Origin: an uncultured Bacilli bacterium
Lineage (GTDB): Bacteria > Bacillota_I > Bacilli_A > RF39 > UBA660
DNA: 43,541 nt
Assembly (NCBI GenBank): GCA_947628075.1
Contig: CANQYF010000002.1
Coordinates: forward strand, 1-43,541
Reading direction: 5' to 3'
Shown here in pieces: positions 1 to 8,814 of this stretch. The position numbers and the translations under genes are program-made. The number at the start of each line of letters is the position of its first letter. Within the stretch, counting starts at the first letter, position 1. The notes beneath the pieces are model-generated. The model did not search any database. It saw only the letters and a list, made by a program, of their open reading frames with translations, and was not told the DNA's origin.

Positions 1-1535
1 AATTTAACCCATACATGTCCATATTGTCCACGTCCACCAGATTGTTTAATATATTTACCTTCACAATCAGCAGCTTGAGTTATTGTTTCACGATAAGCAA
101 CTTGAGGACGACCAATATTAGCTTCAACACCAAATTCATCTTTCATACGACGAACAAGTACTTCTAAGTGTAACTCGCCCATACCACTAATAACAGTTTG
201 ACCTGTTTCAGCGTCAGTTTTATATTTAAATGTTGGGTCTTCTTCAGCAAGTTTTTGTAATGCTTGTCCAAGTTTATCTTGATCAGCTTTACTTTTTGGT
301 TCAATTGCTTCATCGATAACAGGCAATGGGAATTCCATACCATTCATGATAACTGGATTTTTTTCATCACAAAGTGTATCAGCAGTTGTAGTATTTTTTA
401 AACCTACTAAAGCAGCAATTTCTCCAGTATATACATCCGTAATTTCTTTACGTTGGTTAGCATGCATTTGTAAAATACGACCAACTCTTTCTTTTACGTT
501 CTTAGTACTATTTAAGATATATGAGCCGCTAGCTAAATGACCAGAATAAACACGGAAGAATGCTAAACGACCTACATATGGGTCAGTCATAATTTTAAAA
601 GCCATAGCAGTAAATGGTTCAGAATCACTTGGATGTCTTTTAACTAAATTTCCATTAAAATCAGTACAATCTATTGCTTCTATATCAGTTGGAGCAGGCA
701 TGTAATCGATAACAGCATCTAATGCAAGTTTAATTCCTGTATTAGATAATGCACTACCACATACTACTGGGAAGAATTCAGCTTTTAAAACGCCTTTTCT
801 GATAGCTCCCTTAATTTCAGCAACAGTTAATTCTTCACCCATTAAATATTTTTCCATTAGGGCGTCGTCAAATTCAACTGCTTTTTCAATTAATTCCGTT
901 CTCTTTGTTTGAACTAGATCTTTTAAATCTTCTGGAATTTCTATTTCTTTATAATTTTCATGTTCATCAGCTCTATCAAATGTATACGCTTTTTGTTCAA
1001 TTAAATCGACAATTCCATGAAATTCATTCTCAGATCCAATTGGCCATTGGATTGGAGCATAATTAACACCTAATCTTTTGTCAATTGTTTCTAAACTAAA
1101 TTCAAAATCAGCTCCAAGCTTATCCATTTTATTAATAAAAAACATTCTTGGTACTTTATATTCTGTTGCTTGACGCCATACAGTTTCTGATTGTGGTTCA
1201 ACACCAGCATTACCATCAAGTAAACATATTGCACCATCAAGTACTCTTAAGCTTCTTTGAACTTCTACAGTAAAATCTACGTGTCCTGGAGTATCAATAA
1301 TATTTAAACGGTAACCTTTCCAATGCGCAGTTGTTGCGGCACTAGTAATTGTTATACCTCTTTCTTTTTCTTGTTCCATCCAGTCCATTTGAGATTCCCC
1401 ATCATGAGTTTCTCCAATTTTATGAGTAATACCAGTATGAAATAAAACTCTTTCGGTAAATGTTGTTTTACCAGCATCAATATGAGCCATTATACCAATA
1501 TTACGAACTTTATCAATAGTAACATCTCTTGCCAT
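1..1535 (-). CDS. fusA: Elongation factor G, N-terminal ~511 codons; the 3' end runs off the window
   Basis: Missing from the ORF track because it is truncated. My reverse translation from the ATG (complement of 1533-1535) reads [35 protein letters not shown]...[10 protein letters not shown]...INKMDK, which are EF-G GTPase motifs. It follows rpsL-rpsG as in the str operon. Confidence 0.95.
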   Translation of the reverse strand, partial: MARDVTIDKVRNIGIMAHIDAGKTTFTERVLFHTGITHKIGETHDGESQMDWMEQEKERGITITSAATTAHWKGYRLNIIDTPGHVDFTVEVQRSLRVLDGAICLLDGNAGVEPQSETVWRQATEYKVPRMFFINKMDKLGADFEFSLETIDKRLGVNYAPIQWPIGSENEFHGIVDLIEQKAYTFDRADEHENYKEIEIPEDLKDLVQTKRTELIEKAVEFDDALMEKYLMGEELTVAEIKGAIRKGVLKAEFFPVVCGSALSNTGIKLALDAVIDYMPAPTDIEAIDCTDFNGNLVKRHPSDSEPFTAMAFKIMTDPYVGRLAFFRVYSGHLASGSYILNSTKNVKERVGRILQMHANQRKEITDVYTGEIAALVGLKNTTTADTLCDEKNPVIMNGMEFPLPVIDEAIEPKSKADQDKLGQALQKLAEEDPTFKYKTDAETGQTVISGMGELHLEVLVRRMKDEFGVEANIGRPQVAYRETITQAADCEGKYIKQSGGRGQYGHVWVK

Positions 1536-1538
1536 AAT

Positions 1539-2006
1539 CTACCATCTATAATGAGCAAATGCTTTATTTGCTTCGGCCATTTTATGAGTATCTTCACGTT
1601 TTTTAACCGCTCCGCCTACACCATTACTAGCATCAATTATTTCATTTGCTAAATTTATAGCCATACCCTTTCCATTTCTTAATTTTGCATAATTAACTAA
1701 CCAACGTAACGCTAAAGTTTGTGCTCTTTCATCACTTACTTCAGTTGGTACTTGGTAATTTGATCCACCAACACGACGAGATTTAACTTCAAGTGCTGGA
1801 CTTATATTTTTAATTGCTTCATTAAATACATCCATTGCTTTTTTACCAGTTTGCTTTTCAACAGTTTCAAAAGCTTCATATAAAATATTTTGGGCTGTAC
1901 CTTTTTTACCATCTAACATAATTGCATTAACTAATTTTGTAACAACTTTTGAATTATAAATAGGATCTGGTAACACATCTCTTTTTATTGCTCTTCTTTT
2001 ACGCAT
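1539..2006 (-). CDS. rpsG: 30S ribosomal protein S7
   Basis: The 155 aa ORF starts [19 protein letters not shown] and ends AFAHYRW, typical of S7. SD AAGGAGG lies upstream. The gene sits between rpsL and fusA. Confidence 0.97.
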   Translation of the reverse strand: MRKRRAIKRDVLPDPIYNSKVVTKLVNAIMLDGKKGTAQNILYEAFETVEKQTGKKAMDVFNEAIKNISPALEVKSRRVGGSNYQVPTEVSDERAQTLALRWLVNYAKLRNGKGMAINLANEIIDASNGVGGAVKKREDTHKMAEANKAFAHYRW

Positions 2007-2029
2007 AATTATCCTCCTTCTTTAAAATT

Positions 2030-2440
2030 TTATTTTCCTTTTTTAGTTCCGTATCTACTACGAGCTTGTTTACGATTTTCAACACCATGTGTATCTAGTG
2101 TTCCACGTACAATATGATAACGTACACCAATTAAATCTTTAACACGTCCACCACGAACAAGTACTACACTGTGTTCTTGTAAATTGTGTCCTTCGCCTGG
2201 AATGTATGCATCGATTTCTTTTCCGTTAGAAAGTCTAACACGTGCATATTTACGTAATGCTGAGTTAGGTTTCTTTGGCGTTTTAGTTCCAACTCTAGTA
2301 CATACTCCTCTTTTTTGTGGACTTTTAACATCAGTTTGTTTTCTTTCTAATGTATTAAATCCTACATTAAGTACAGGACTTTTACTCTTTTTTGTCTTTT
2401 TTTGACGATTTTTCTTTACCAATTGATTTATTGTTGGCAT
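2030..2440 (-). CDS. rpsL: 30S ribosomal protein S12
   Basis: The 136 aa ORF reads [10 protein letters not shown]...[10 protein letters not shown]...[13 protein letters not shown], the S12 signature. Confidence 0.97.
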   Translation of the reverse strand: MPTINQLVKKNRQKKTKKSKSPVLNVGFNTLERKQTDVKSPQKRGVCTRVGTKTPKKPNSALRKYARVRLSNGKEIDAYIPGEGHNLQEHSVVLVRGGRVKDLIGVRYHIVRGTLDTHGVENRKQARSRYGTKKGK

Positions 2441-2534
2441 TATTTTCTCCCTTCTATTAACACGAATCCAAGTGTGTCAAAATTGTTTTTAAATTAAGTT
2501 CTACCACAGTAGAACCTAATTAAAATGCGATATT

Positions 2535-2563
2535 AATATATCATTTCATTATATGTTTGTCAA
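2535..2563 (-). promoter_or_regulatory. Sigma-A type promoter for rpsL-rpsG-fusA
   Basis: The minus strand reads TTGACA, 17 nt, TATATT. On the plus strand the -35 is tgtcaa at 2558-2563 and the -10 is aatata at 2535-2540. Confidence 0.55.
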
Positions 2564-2580
2564 CATTTTTTAATACATTT

Positions 2581-2961
2581 TTAATAGTTTCTGGTTTGAT
2601 AATCTTGGCAAGATATAAATCCAGCATAATTATTTATACCATCAACTTTGGTTACTAAAACATAACCACTGCAATTTTTACCATTTTTATCATTTAAACT
2701 ATCAATGTACTCTTTTTCTTTTAAAGTGTCATAACTTAATTTTAATTGACCATTAACCTCAACGTTATTATCTTTTATATAATCATGTGCAGCTGTTTCT
2801 AATTTTATTTCCAAATCAACATATTGCCTGTTACTAACAGCATTATCAAATGAACCATATAACTTTACTATAAAATAAACTGATACAAGTAGTGCTAAAA
2901 GTAACCCTAAACTTAACACAATCATTTCCGTTGTGCTCCAACCATTTTTATTTAACTTCAT
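2581..2961 (-). CDS. Prepilin-type (type IV pilin / competence pseudopilin-like) protein
   Basis: The N-terminus MKLNKNG|WSTTEMIVLSLGLLLALLV fits the class III signal: a short basic leader, Gly at -1, Glu at +5, then a hydrophobic helix. Two Cys near the C-terminus (NCSGY...ISCQDY) could form a pilin-like disulfide loop. SD AGGTGAT lies 7 nt upstream. Confidence 0.6.
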   Translation of the reverse strand: MKLNKNGWSTTEMIVLSLGLLLALLVSVYFIVKLYGSFDNAVSNRQYVDLEIKLETAAHDYIKDNNVEVNGQLKLSYDTLKEKEYIDSLNDKNGKNCSGYVLVTKVDGINNYAGFISCQDYQTRNY

Positions 2962-2978
2962 TTATAAAATCACCTAAC

Positions 2979-3248
2979 TTATTCTTTGATGCTTTCCTTC
3001 ACAGGAATAAATATATGGCCAAAAGCTTTACCATATATACTTGTTCTTTCATAACTAATTGCTTTATATCCTAGTCCATAATAAACATAAACATGCCCAT
3101 CTGGATATGTTAAAGTTTCTTCCTTTAATACTACTAACATAGGCTCATCAGCTTGATATCTAAAATATTCTACTAAAATTAAGCCAATCCATGCTACTAC
3201 TATTCCCACAATTAATACTTTTAATATTATTCCTATTGTTCTTCGCAT
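2979..3248 (-). CDS. Small single-pass membrane protein, function unknown
   Basis: The 89 aa ORF has an N-terminal TM helix (IGIILKVLIVGIVVAWIGLILV) and SD GAAGGTGAT. It is immediately upstream of, and probably co-transcribed with, the pilin-like gene. Confidence 0.55.
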   Translation of the reverse strand: MRRTIGIILKVLIVGIVVAWIGLILVEYFRYQADEPMLVVLKEETLTYPDGHVYVYYGLGYKAISYERTSIYGKAFGHIFIPVKESIKE

Positions 3249-3304
3249 AGTATCACCTTCTTAATTATAAAATAACTGCTTAAAAAATGCAATCAACTTT
3301 CAAA

Positions 3305-3340
3305 TAAAAAAGATTGCTAACAATTGCTAACAATCTTTTT
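3305..3340 (-). terminator. Rho-independent terminator after rplL
   Basis: Stem AAGATTG (3310-3316) pairs with CAATCTT (3331-3337). It is flanked by an A-run and a T-run, and the loop holds a tandem attgctaaca repeat. Confidence 0.6.
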
Positions 3341-3342
3341 CA

Positions 3343-3711
3343 CTATGCTAATTCAACTTCAGCACCGGCTTCAGTTAATTGATCAGCAATACTTTTAGCT
3401 TCATCAGCAGGAATATTTTCTTTAATATTTCCGCCGTTGTCAGCTAAACCTTTAGCTTCAACTAATCCTAAACCTGTAATTTCTTTAATGATTTTTATAA
3501 CTGCAATTTTGTTACCACCAGCTGATTTTAAAACAACAGTTTTTGTAGATGATCCTGCATCTTCTGCACCTTGAGCTGGAGCAGCTGCTACTGCTACTGC
3601 AGATGGGTCAACACCAAATTCTTCTTTCATTGCATCAACTAATTCTTTTACTTCAAGAATAGTCATTTCTTTTAATGCACTTATAAATTCATCTCTAGTT
3701 AATTTTGCCAT
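3343..3711 (-). CDS. rplL: 50S ribosomal protein L7/L12
   Basis: The 122 aa ORF has an Ala-rich hinge (AVAVAAAPAQGAE) and a C-terminal domain reading IKEITGLGLVEAKGLAD...EAGAEVELA. Confidence 0.97.
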   Translation of the reverse strand: MAKLTRDEFISALKEMTILEVKELVDAMKEEFGVDPSAVAVAAAPAQGAEDAGSSTKTVVLKSAGGNKIAVIKIIKEITGLGLVEAKGLADNGGNIKENIPADEAKSIADQLTEAGAEVELA

Positions 3712-3715
3712 TTTT

Positions 3716-4213
3716 CTATTCCTTTCCTTCTAACTTTTCGGCATAAAGATTTAAACTTATTGATAAATCTTTAACATATTGAATCATGCCACCAGCGAGC
3801 ATAGTAAGTAAGCCTTCTCTTGATGGAATACTTGCATATTCTTTGATTACATCAAGGCTTGCTACATCGCCACTGATAATTCCAATACGAATATTTAACT
3901 TGTCATGCTCTTTGGCATAATCAGCAATAACCTTAATTGGTTCCAACAAAGTTTTTCCAAATAATATAGCATTTGGTCCTTCTAGGAAATCATCCATATT
4001 AATATTTAATTCATCTAACGCTCTTTTTAAAAGAGTATTTTTATAAATCTTAATAGAAGATGAAATTTCATTAAGCTTATTTCTTAAATCAGTCATTTCT
4101 GCAACAGTTAAACCTTGATATTGAAATAAAATAACAGATTCGCTATTTTTAATATTATCAATAATTTCACTAACGATAACTTTCTTTTCATTAAGAATTT
4201 TTTCGCTTGCCAT
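3716..4213 (-). CDS. rplJ: 50S ribosomal protein L10
   Basis: The 165 aa ORF lies directly upstream of rplL with SD AAGGAGG. Its length and position fit L10. Confidence 0.93.
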   Translation of the reverse strand: MASEKILNEKKVIVSEIIDNIKNSESVILFQYQGLTVAEMTDLRNKLNEISSSIKIYKNTLLKRALDELNINMDDFLEGPNAILFGKTLLEPIKVIADYAKEHDKLNIRIGIISGDVASLDVIKEYASIPSREGLLTMLAGGMIQYVKDLSISLNLYAEKLEGKE

Positions 4214-4344
4214 TTTTCCTCCTTATATATTTAAGAAAAGCTTCCGACTACAGGAAGCTTAAAAACAATCTTGTTTAAAGTTTCCCTCGGTAGGATTATT
4301 AAAAGTATTATACTTCCCTACTGTCTTCGGTCTTTCTTTTCTTA
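4214..4344 (-). promoter_or_regulatory. rplJ 5' leader (L10-leader-like) with an attenuator hairpin
   Basis: The minus-strand transcript contains GACCGAAGACAGTAGGG...CCTACCGAGGG helices. A GC-containing hairpin follows, AAGCTTCC-n7-GGAAGCTT (4238-4260), then TTTTCTT just before the SD. This architecture matches Firmicutes L10 leaders. Confidence 0.6.
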
Positions 4345-4350
4345 TAACGT

Positions 4351-4379
4351 ATTATATACTACAACTTACCAAATATCAA
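4351..4379 (-). promoter_or_regulatory. Promoter for rplJ-rplL
   Basis: The minus strand reads TTGATA, 17 nt, TATAAT. The -35 is 4374-4379 and the -10 is 4351-4356. Confidence 0.65.
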
Positions 4380-4387
4380 GTGATATT

Positions 4388-5086
4388 TTATAACTCAAAT
4401 GAGTTTTTATCTATTTTGATACCAGGTCCCATAGTTGTAGAAATAGTAATTTTATCTATAAATGTACCTTTAACCGCATTTGGTTTAGCTTTATTTATAG
4501 TTTTAACAACATAATCTAAATTTTCTAATAATTTTTTAGCATCAAATGATGCTTTACCTATTATAGTATGAACATTACCAAATGAATCAGTTTTATATGT
4601 TACCATACCACTTTTAAGGTCTTTAATTACATCAGCAACTTTTAAAGTAACTGTACCAGTTTTAGGGTTAGGCATTAATCCTTTTGGCCCTAAAATATTA
4701 CCAATTTTACCAACTTCTGGCATCATGTCTGGTGTAGAAACTACTACATCAAAATCAAACCAATTTTCATTTTTAATTTTGTCAAGCATATCTTTATCAC
4801 CAACATAATCTGCTCCGGCATTTTTGGCTTCTTCAGCTAAAGCACCTTTAGCAATAACTAATACTTTCTTACTTTTTCCTGTTCCATTAGGCATAACTAA
4901 TGATCCACGAAGTTGTTGATCAGATTTTTTAGCATCTATGTTTAATTTAATGGCAACTTCTACTGTACTATCAAATTTAGTTATAGCAGTATCTTTTACC
5001 ATTTTTGTTGCTTCTTCTTTAGTATATAGTTTATTACTATCTATTTTATTAGAAGCTTCCACATATTTCTTACTACGCTTTTTCAT
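4388..5086 (-). CDS. rplA: 50S ribosomal protein L1
   Basis: The 232 aa ORF reads MKKRSKKYVEA...LRGSLVMPNGTGKSKKVLV...GPKGLMPNPKTGTVT, L1 motifs. Confidence 0.96.
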   Translation of the reverse strand: MKKRSKKYVEASNKIDSNKLYTKEEATKMVKDTAITKFDSTVEVAIKLNIDAKKSDQQLRGSLVMPNGTGKSKKVLVIAKGALAEEAKNAGADYVGDKDMLDKIKNENWFDFDVVVSTPDMMPEVGKIGNILGPKGLMPNPKTGTVTLKVADVIKDLKSGMVTYKTDSFGNVHTIIGKASFDAKKLLENLDYVVKTINKAKPNAVKGTFIDKITISTTMGPGIKIDKNSFEL

Positions 5087-5139
5087 AACTCTCCTCCTAA
5101 CTGTGGTTTATTAGCGGACTTTTTTTATTTAATTATATA

Positions 5140-5745
5140 TTATTTTTCTTCTTCAGCTTTTTCTTCAGCTTCTTTATCTTCATCACCAATAACTGGAACA
5201 TCTACTGGAGTATCAGCTTTAACTTCTTCTTCCATTGCTTCAAGTTCAGCTTCTCTTTTTAGCATTTCTTTTTCTTCCTCTTCAGCTTCTTTTGCTTGTT
5301 CAGCAAGTTCAGCATCGTTACGTCCCTTAATAGCAATACCCATATTACGGGCTGTTCCTTCGATGATGTTCATAGCTTCTTCAACTGTATAAGCATTTAA
5401 ATCTGGTAACTTTGTTTCAGCTATGCTTTTTAAATCAGCTTCAGTTATAGTTGCAACAATTTGATTTGCACCCTTAGCACTACCTTTTTGAATTTTAGCT
5501 ACCTTTTTTAGTAAAAATCCAGCAGGTGGAGTTTTTAAAACAAAATCAAATGTTCTGTCTTCATAAATTGAAATTTCACAAGGAACTATATCTCCCATTT
5601 TATCTTTTGTCGCATCATTAAATTTTGTACAAAATTCTTGTAAGTTAATTCCTGCAGGCCCTAAAACAGTACCAACTGGTGGAGCAGGTGTTGCTTTACC
5701 AGCTTGAATTTCAAGTTTAATTCTTTTTACGACTTCTTTTGCCAC
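5140..5745 (-). CDS. rplK: 50S ribosomal protein L11 with a ~60 aa acidic C-terminal extension
   Basis: The real start is probably GTG at 5745, with SD AGGAGG 6 nt upstream, giving (M)[24 protein letters not shown]. The L11 core ends near [12 protein letters not shown], followed by an E/K/A-rich tail. The track ORF to 5817 extends into the leader. Confidence 0.9.
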   Translation of the reverse strand: MAKEVVKRIKLEIQAGKATPAPPVGTVLGPAGINLQEFCTKFNDATKDKMGDIVPCEISIYEDRTFDFVLKTPPAGFLLKKVAKIQKGSAKGANQIVATITEADLKSIAETKLPDLNAYTVEEAMNIIEGTARNMGIAIKGRNDAELAEQAKEAEEEEKEMLKREAELEAMEEEVKADTPVDVPVIGDEDKEAEEKAEEEK

Positions 5746-5841
5746 GAAAACACCTCCTATAAAATTTTTTCGCGTCAGTGGTCTTGGGCAAATCCGCTCT
5801 TCCCTCCCACTAAACATGGCAATTTTTCAATTGCATGTTAA
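5746..5841 (-). promoter_or_regulatory. Structured GC-rich 5' leader of rplK-rplA (candidate L1-binding autoregulatory element)
   Basis: The 5771-5820 stretch is conspicuously GC-rich in an AT-rich genome. The minus strand reads AGTGGGAGGGAAGAGCGGATTTGCCCAAGACCACT, closed by an AGTGG/CCACT stem. It lies between a good promoter and the rplK SD. Confidence 0.4.
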
Positions 5842-5870
5842 ATAATACCATAATTATTCTAATATTGCAA
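5842..5870 (-). promoter_or_regulatory. Promoter for rplK-rplA
   Basis: The minus strand reads TTGCAA (5865-5870), 17 nt, TATTAT (5842-5847). Confidence 0.5.
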
Positions 5871-5984
5871 TAGTTTTACCATTTTAAAATATATGTATTA
5901 TTTGTCAACTATAAAACATAAATTCCTCGCATTTTTTTACATATTATGTTATTATTAAGATATATTAAGGATAGAGGTTTTATT

Positions 5985-7004
5985 ATGGCTAAAAAATTTT
6001 TCTATAATAGAGTTTATAATACAAAAAGAACAATTATTCATTTAATAATAATTGGCGTTTGTGTTATCGGCATAATTGTTTGTTTTATTTTTACAACTAA
6101 TTTAGATGTTAAAAATCAAAATAAACCTAATGGGGAATTAAATTTAAAATCAGAAGTTACAGTAGAAATAAATGAGGAATTTTCTAACGAAATATTTTTC
6201 TCTAAAATTGAAAATGTTTCCCTAGATGATATTGAAGTTAATTATCCGGAAAATTTTGATATTAGCACTCCCGGCGTATATGAAGTTTCTTTAGTTATAA
6301 GCAAAAAGACCTATATTACTAAACTTAATGTAGTAGATACAATTAAACCTACATTAGATATAAAGGAACTTACTATTAAAGAAGGAGAACATTATTCAGC
6401 TCGAGATTTTGTAACTTCTTGTACAGACAATAGTAATAACGATTGTATAATAGACTATGCCACAGCACAAGACGAGGAAGGAAATATTATAGATTATTCT
6501 TCCTATAAAACACCTGGTACTTATCCTATTAAAATTATTGCTAAAGATAAATCTGATAATGAAATAGTTAAAGAAACAACTTTAATAATTGAAAATAAAA
6601 ATGGTAATACTACTCCAGAAAAGCCAACAATTTGTAAATACGGTAATAATGAATATGATGAAAACAATTATTTAATGGCTGTAGATGTTACCAATGGAGG
6701 TTGCGCTATTAGTCTTGATCTTTATAAAAATAATACGACAAGAGCAAGTATTAATAAATTGATGGAAACAGAAACTGTAAGAATTAAAAAAGACATTGAT
6801 AAATTAAATTTACCAGGTACTAAAGCCTTAAATAGACAACAAAATGCAGTTATTAATAAAAGTGGCAATGGTATTGTTGGTTATGAATTAATAATGACAG
6901 TAGTTATGACTAATAATGGCTCTTCCGAAGTAATTGCAGAATATAAAGTTAATAGCGAAGGCAAAAGAATCTTTATTAATAATAAGTATAATTTAAGTGA
7001 ATAA
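5985..7004 (+). CDS. Membrane-anchored extracellular protein, function unknown
   Basis: The probable start is ATG 5985 (MAKKFFYNRVY...), preceded by AAGGATAGAGG. An N-terminal TM helix (IIHLIIIGVCVIGIIVCFIF) is followed by a beta-rich ectodomain. No catalytic motif was recognised. The track ORF starts at 5946. Confidence 0.6.
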   Translation: MAKKFFYNRVYNTKRTIIHLIIIGVCVIGIIVCFIFTTNLDVKNQNKPNGELNLKSEVTVEINEEFSNEIFFSKIENVSLDDIEVNYPENFDISTPGVYEVSLVISKKTYITKLNVVDTIKPTLDIKELTIKEGEHYSARDFVTSCTDNSNNDCIIDYATAQDEEGNIIDYSSYKTPGTYPIKIIAKDKSDNEIVKETTLIIENKNGNTTPEKPTICKYGNNEYDENNYLMAVDVTNGGCAISLDLYKNNTTRASINKLMETETVRIKKDIDKLNLPGTKALNRQQNAVINKSGNGIVGYELIMTVVMTNNGSSEVIAEYKVNSEGKRIFINNKYNLSE

Positions 7005-7010
7005 TAGTTT

Positions 7011-7041
7011 AAAAAAACATATCACAATGATATGTTTTTTA
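7011..7041. terminator. Bidirectional rho-independent terminator between convergent genes
   Basis: AAAAAACATATC-acaat-GATATGTTTTTT is a perfect hairpin flanked by an A-run and a T-run. Confidence 0.75.
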
Positions 7042-7043
7042 TA

Positions 7044-7511
7044 TTATTTAGAATCACGATATTTTTTTATAAAGTTTTTTATTAATACTATTAAAGTACA
7101 AATAAGAACAATCGTATATATAATTAAAAACAATAAATTCCAAAGTTTATAATAAACATTATTAGTTGAAAGCAGTTCTATATAATCATAGCCAACATCT
7201 CTCACTAAATCAAAAGGAACTTTGATAAATACTACTAGGATTACCATATATAAAATGTCTAAAACCATTTTACCTTTGGCATCACTATTTTTAAAAATAG
7301 TCGCAAATTCATTAATACTATCACCAATGTTATTAAATAACCCTGTATTTAATTTACTATAATCTATTCCTCTTTTATCATATATTTCTTTAGCTAATTC
7401 TTTAACATTTAAATTACTTTCAATATTACATGATTCTAATTCTTTTTGGCGTTCTTCTTCTTTTAAATATTTTAATTCTTCTGCTAATTTTTTTAATTTA
7501 TCCTCTTTCAT
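7044..7511 (-). CDS. Membrane protein with an N-terminal charged coiled-coil region, function unknown
   Basis: The 155 aa ORF starts KLKKLAEELKYLKEEERQKELE, followed by two predicted TM segments. It is the last gene of the putative TetR operon. Confidence 0.55.
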   Translation of the reverse strand: MKEDKLKKLAEELKYLKEEERQKELESCNIESNLNVKELAKEIYDKRGIDYSKLNTGLFNNIGDSINEFATIFKNSDAKGKMVLDILYMVILVVFIKVPFDLVRDVGYDYIELLSTNNVYYKLWNLLFLIIYTIVLICTLIVLIKNFIKKYRDSK

Positions 7512-7559
7512 ATCATCAACCCTACTTTCATAATATCAAAAAAATAATTATATTTCAAA

Positions 7560-8129
7560 TTATTTTTTACCTACTTTTATAAGTAAAGCAAACCCACCAA
7601 TTAAAACAATAAAAATAGTTCCTAAAATTATTAAATCATACTTACTGGACTTTTCTTGTTCTTGCTTACGATTAACTTTTAACTTATCAATGTTAACATT
7701 AATATCCTTAGCAATGAGTGAAATTCTGTCGATTGGGGTTTCTTCGCTATCACGAAATTCAACAATACGATCATACATCTTACTTAAATCTTTAGTTCCA
7801 ATTTGTAAATAGTCTCCAATCGCAATTATAGGAGTAGCAATATCTTCAGGTTTAGTACTTTCACCAAAATGATCTAGTGATTTAATTAATAAATTATACA
7901 ATTCTTCATTCTTAGTTTGCCATTTTCCATCAAATACTTCCAATACATCCAGTTCAAATAAATCTGGTTCATTTTTTAATAAACCATCAAAGTACTCGAA
8001 TGCATATTCACAAGCAGGACAACCCTCTTTGGAAAAAATATATACTTTAACGTCATTTTTAGCATGAACACTAGGCATAACTAAAAATAAACTTATCATT
8101 CCTAATATTATATATATAAACTTCTTCAT
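7560..8129 (-). CDS. Secreted, membrane-tethered thioredoxin/glutaredoxin-like CxxC protein
   Basis: The probable start is ATG 8129. It has a signal peptide (MKKFIYIILGMISLFLVMPSVHA), a redox motif (KEGCPACEY) and a C-terminal TM anchor (LIILGTIFIVLIGGFALLI). Confidence 0.6.
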   Translation of the reverse strand: MKKFIYIILGMISLFLVMPSVHAKNDVKVYIFSKEGCPACEYAFEYFDGLLKNEPDLFELDVLEVFDGKWQTKNEELYNLLIKSLDHFGESTKPEDIATPIIAIGDYLQIGTKDLSKMYDRIVEFRDSEETPIDRISLIAKDINVNIDKLKVNRKQEQEKSSKYDLIILGTIFIVLIGGFALLIKVGKK

Positions 8130-8178
8130 CTTATCACCAACATTTTTTATTATAACAAACCTCAATACTATTTAAAAG

Positions 8179-8727
8179 CTATTTCTCTAAGGTTTTGAAT
8201 ATTTTAACTATTCTAACTATTATTTCTTTATCTTCAATATCAATTTTATTGGTCGCTATTAAAGTAGCTAATCCATTTGCATATAACCATACATGCATAA
8301 ATAATTCTTTGGCACTTTCAAAAGTATACCCTTGTTTATTAACTAAATTAATGATTGCCCCTTGATTCCACTTTTCATTTAAGACATCATCTATACTTTT
8401 CCATTTTAAATTATTTGATAAAAATAAACTAACAAATAAATTTTTATATAATTTAGCAAATTCTACATAAGCAACACATAAAGTAACCAAAGCATTTTTA
8501 TTATCAACTCTACTAGTTATGAATTCATCATATTGTTTATAAATTTCTTTATATATATCTTCTTTGATTTCATCCATACTGGTAAATATTCGATATAAGG
8601 GTTTAGTAGAAATTTTTAACTCTTTGGCTAAATCTCTAGCGTTTAAACTTTCCCACCCTTTTTTATTAATTAACACAACTGCTTTATTAATAATTGCTTC
8701 TTTACTTAATTTACAACTGGCCGGCAT
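8179..8727 (-). CDS. TetR/AcrR family transcriptional regulator
   Basis: The 182 aa ORF has an N-terminal HTH (LNARDLAKELKISTKPLYRIFTSMDEI) typical of TetR_N. A palindromic operator lies just upstream. Confidence 0.8.
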   Translation of the reverse strand: MPASCKLSKEAIINKAVVLINKKGWESLNARDLAKELKISTKPLYRIFTSMDEIKEDIYKEIYKQYDEFITSRVDNKNALVTLCVAYVEFAKLYKNLFVSLFLSNNLKWKSIDDVLNEKWNQGAIINLVNKQGYTFESAKELFMHVWLYANGLATLIATNKIDIEDKEIIVRIVKIFKTLEK

Positions 8728-8743
8728 CTTAATTCCCCCAATC

Positions 8744-8761
8744 TGGTAACTATCGTTACCA
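8744..8761. promoter_or_regulatory. Candidate TetR operator (inverted repeat)
   Basis: TGGTAAC-tatc-GTTACCA is a perfect 7+7 inverted repeat. It sits between the -10 box and the SD of the TetR gene. Confidence 0.55.
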
Positions 8762-8763
8762 TA

Positions 8764-8792
8764 ATTATATAAATTTTTATTATATTTGTCAA
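8764..8792 (-). promoter_or_regulatory. Consensus sigma-A promoter of the TetR operon
   Basis: The minus strand reads TTGACA (8787-8792), 17 nt, TATAAT (8764-8769). Confidence 0.7.
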
Positions 8793-8814
8793 ATCTTAAA
8801 AAAAGAGCCTATTA

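Noticed and set aside
346-540. A 64-aa plus-strand ORF from the ORF track.
   Set aside because: It lies entirely antisense to the clearly conserved EF-G coding sequence, has no SD, and has a low-complexity hydrophobic composition typical of shadow ORFs in AT-rich DNA.
2184-2405. A 73-aa plus-strand ORF inside rpsL. Similar antisense ORFs occur at 2892-3074, 8564-8749, 9233-9445, 10958-11194 and 12286-12519.
   Set aside because: All are antisense shadows of well-supported genes. None has a ribosome-binding site or a recognisable motif.
2498-2515. A GTTCTAC-caca-GTAGAAC hairpin in the rpsL leader.
   Set aside because: It is a short 7-bp stem with no following T-run and no known S12-operon leader motif that I can match. 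It is noted but not called.
5746-5817. An N-terminal extension of the rplK ORF ([24 protein letters not shown]).
   Set aside because: The extension has no SD, and it covers the GC-rich leader structure. The canonical L11 N-terminus begins at GTG 5745, which is preceded by AGGAGG.
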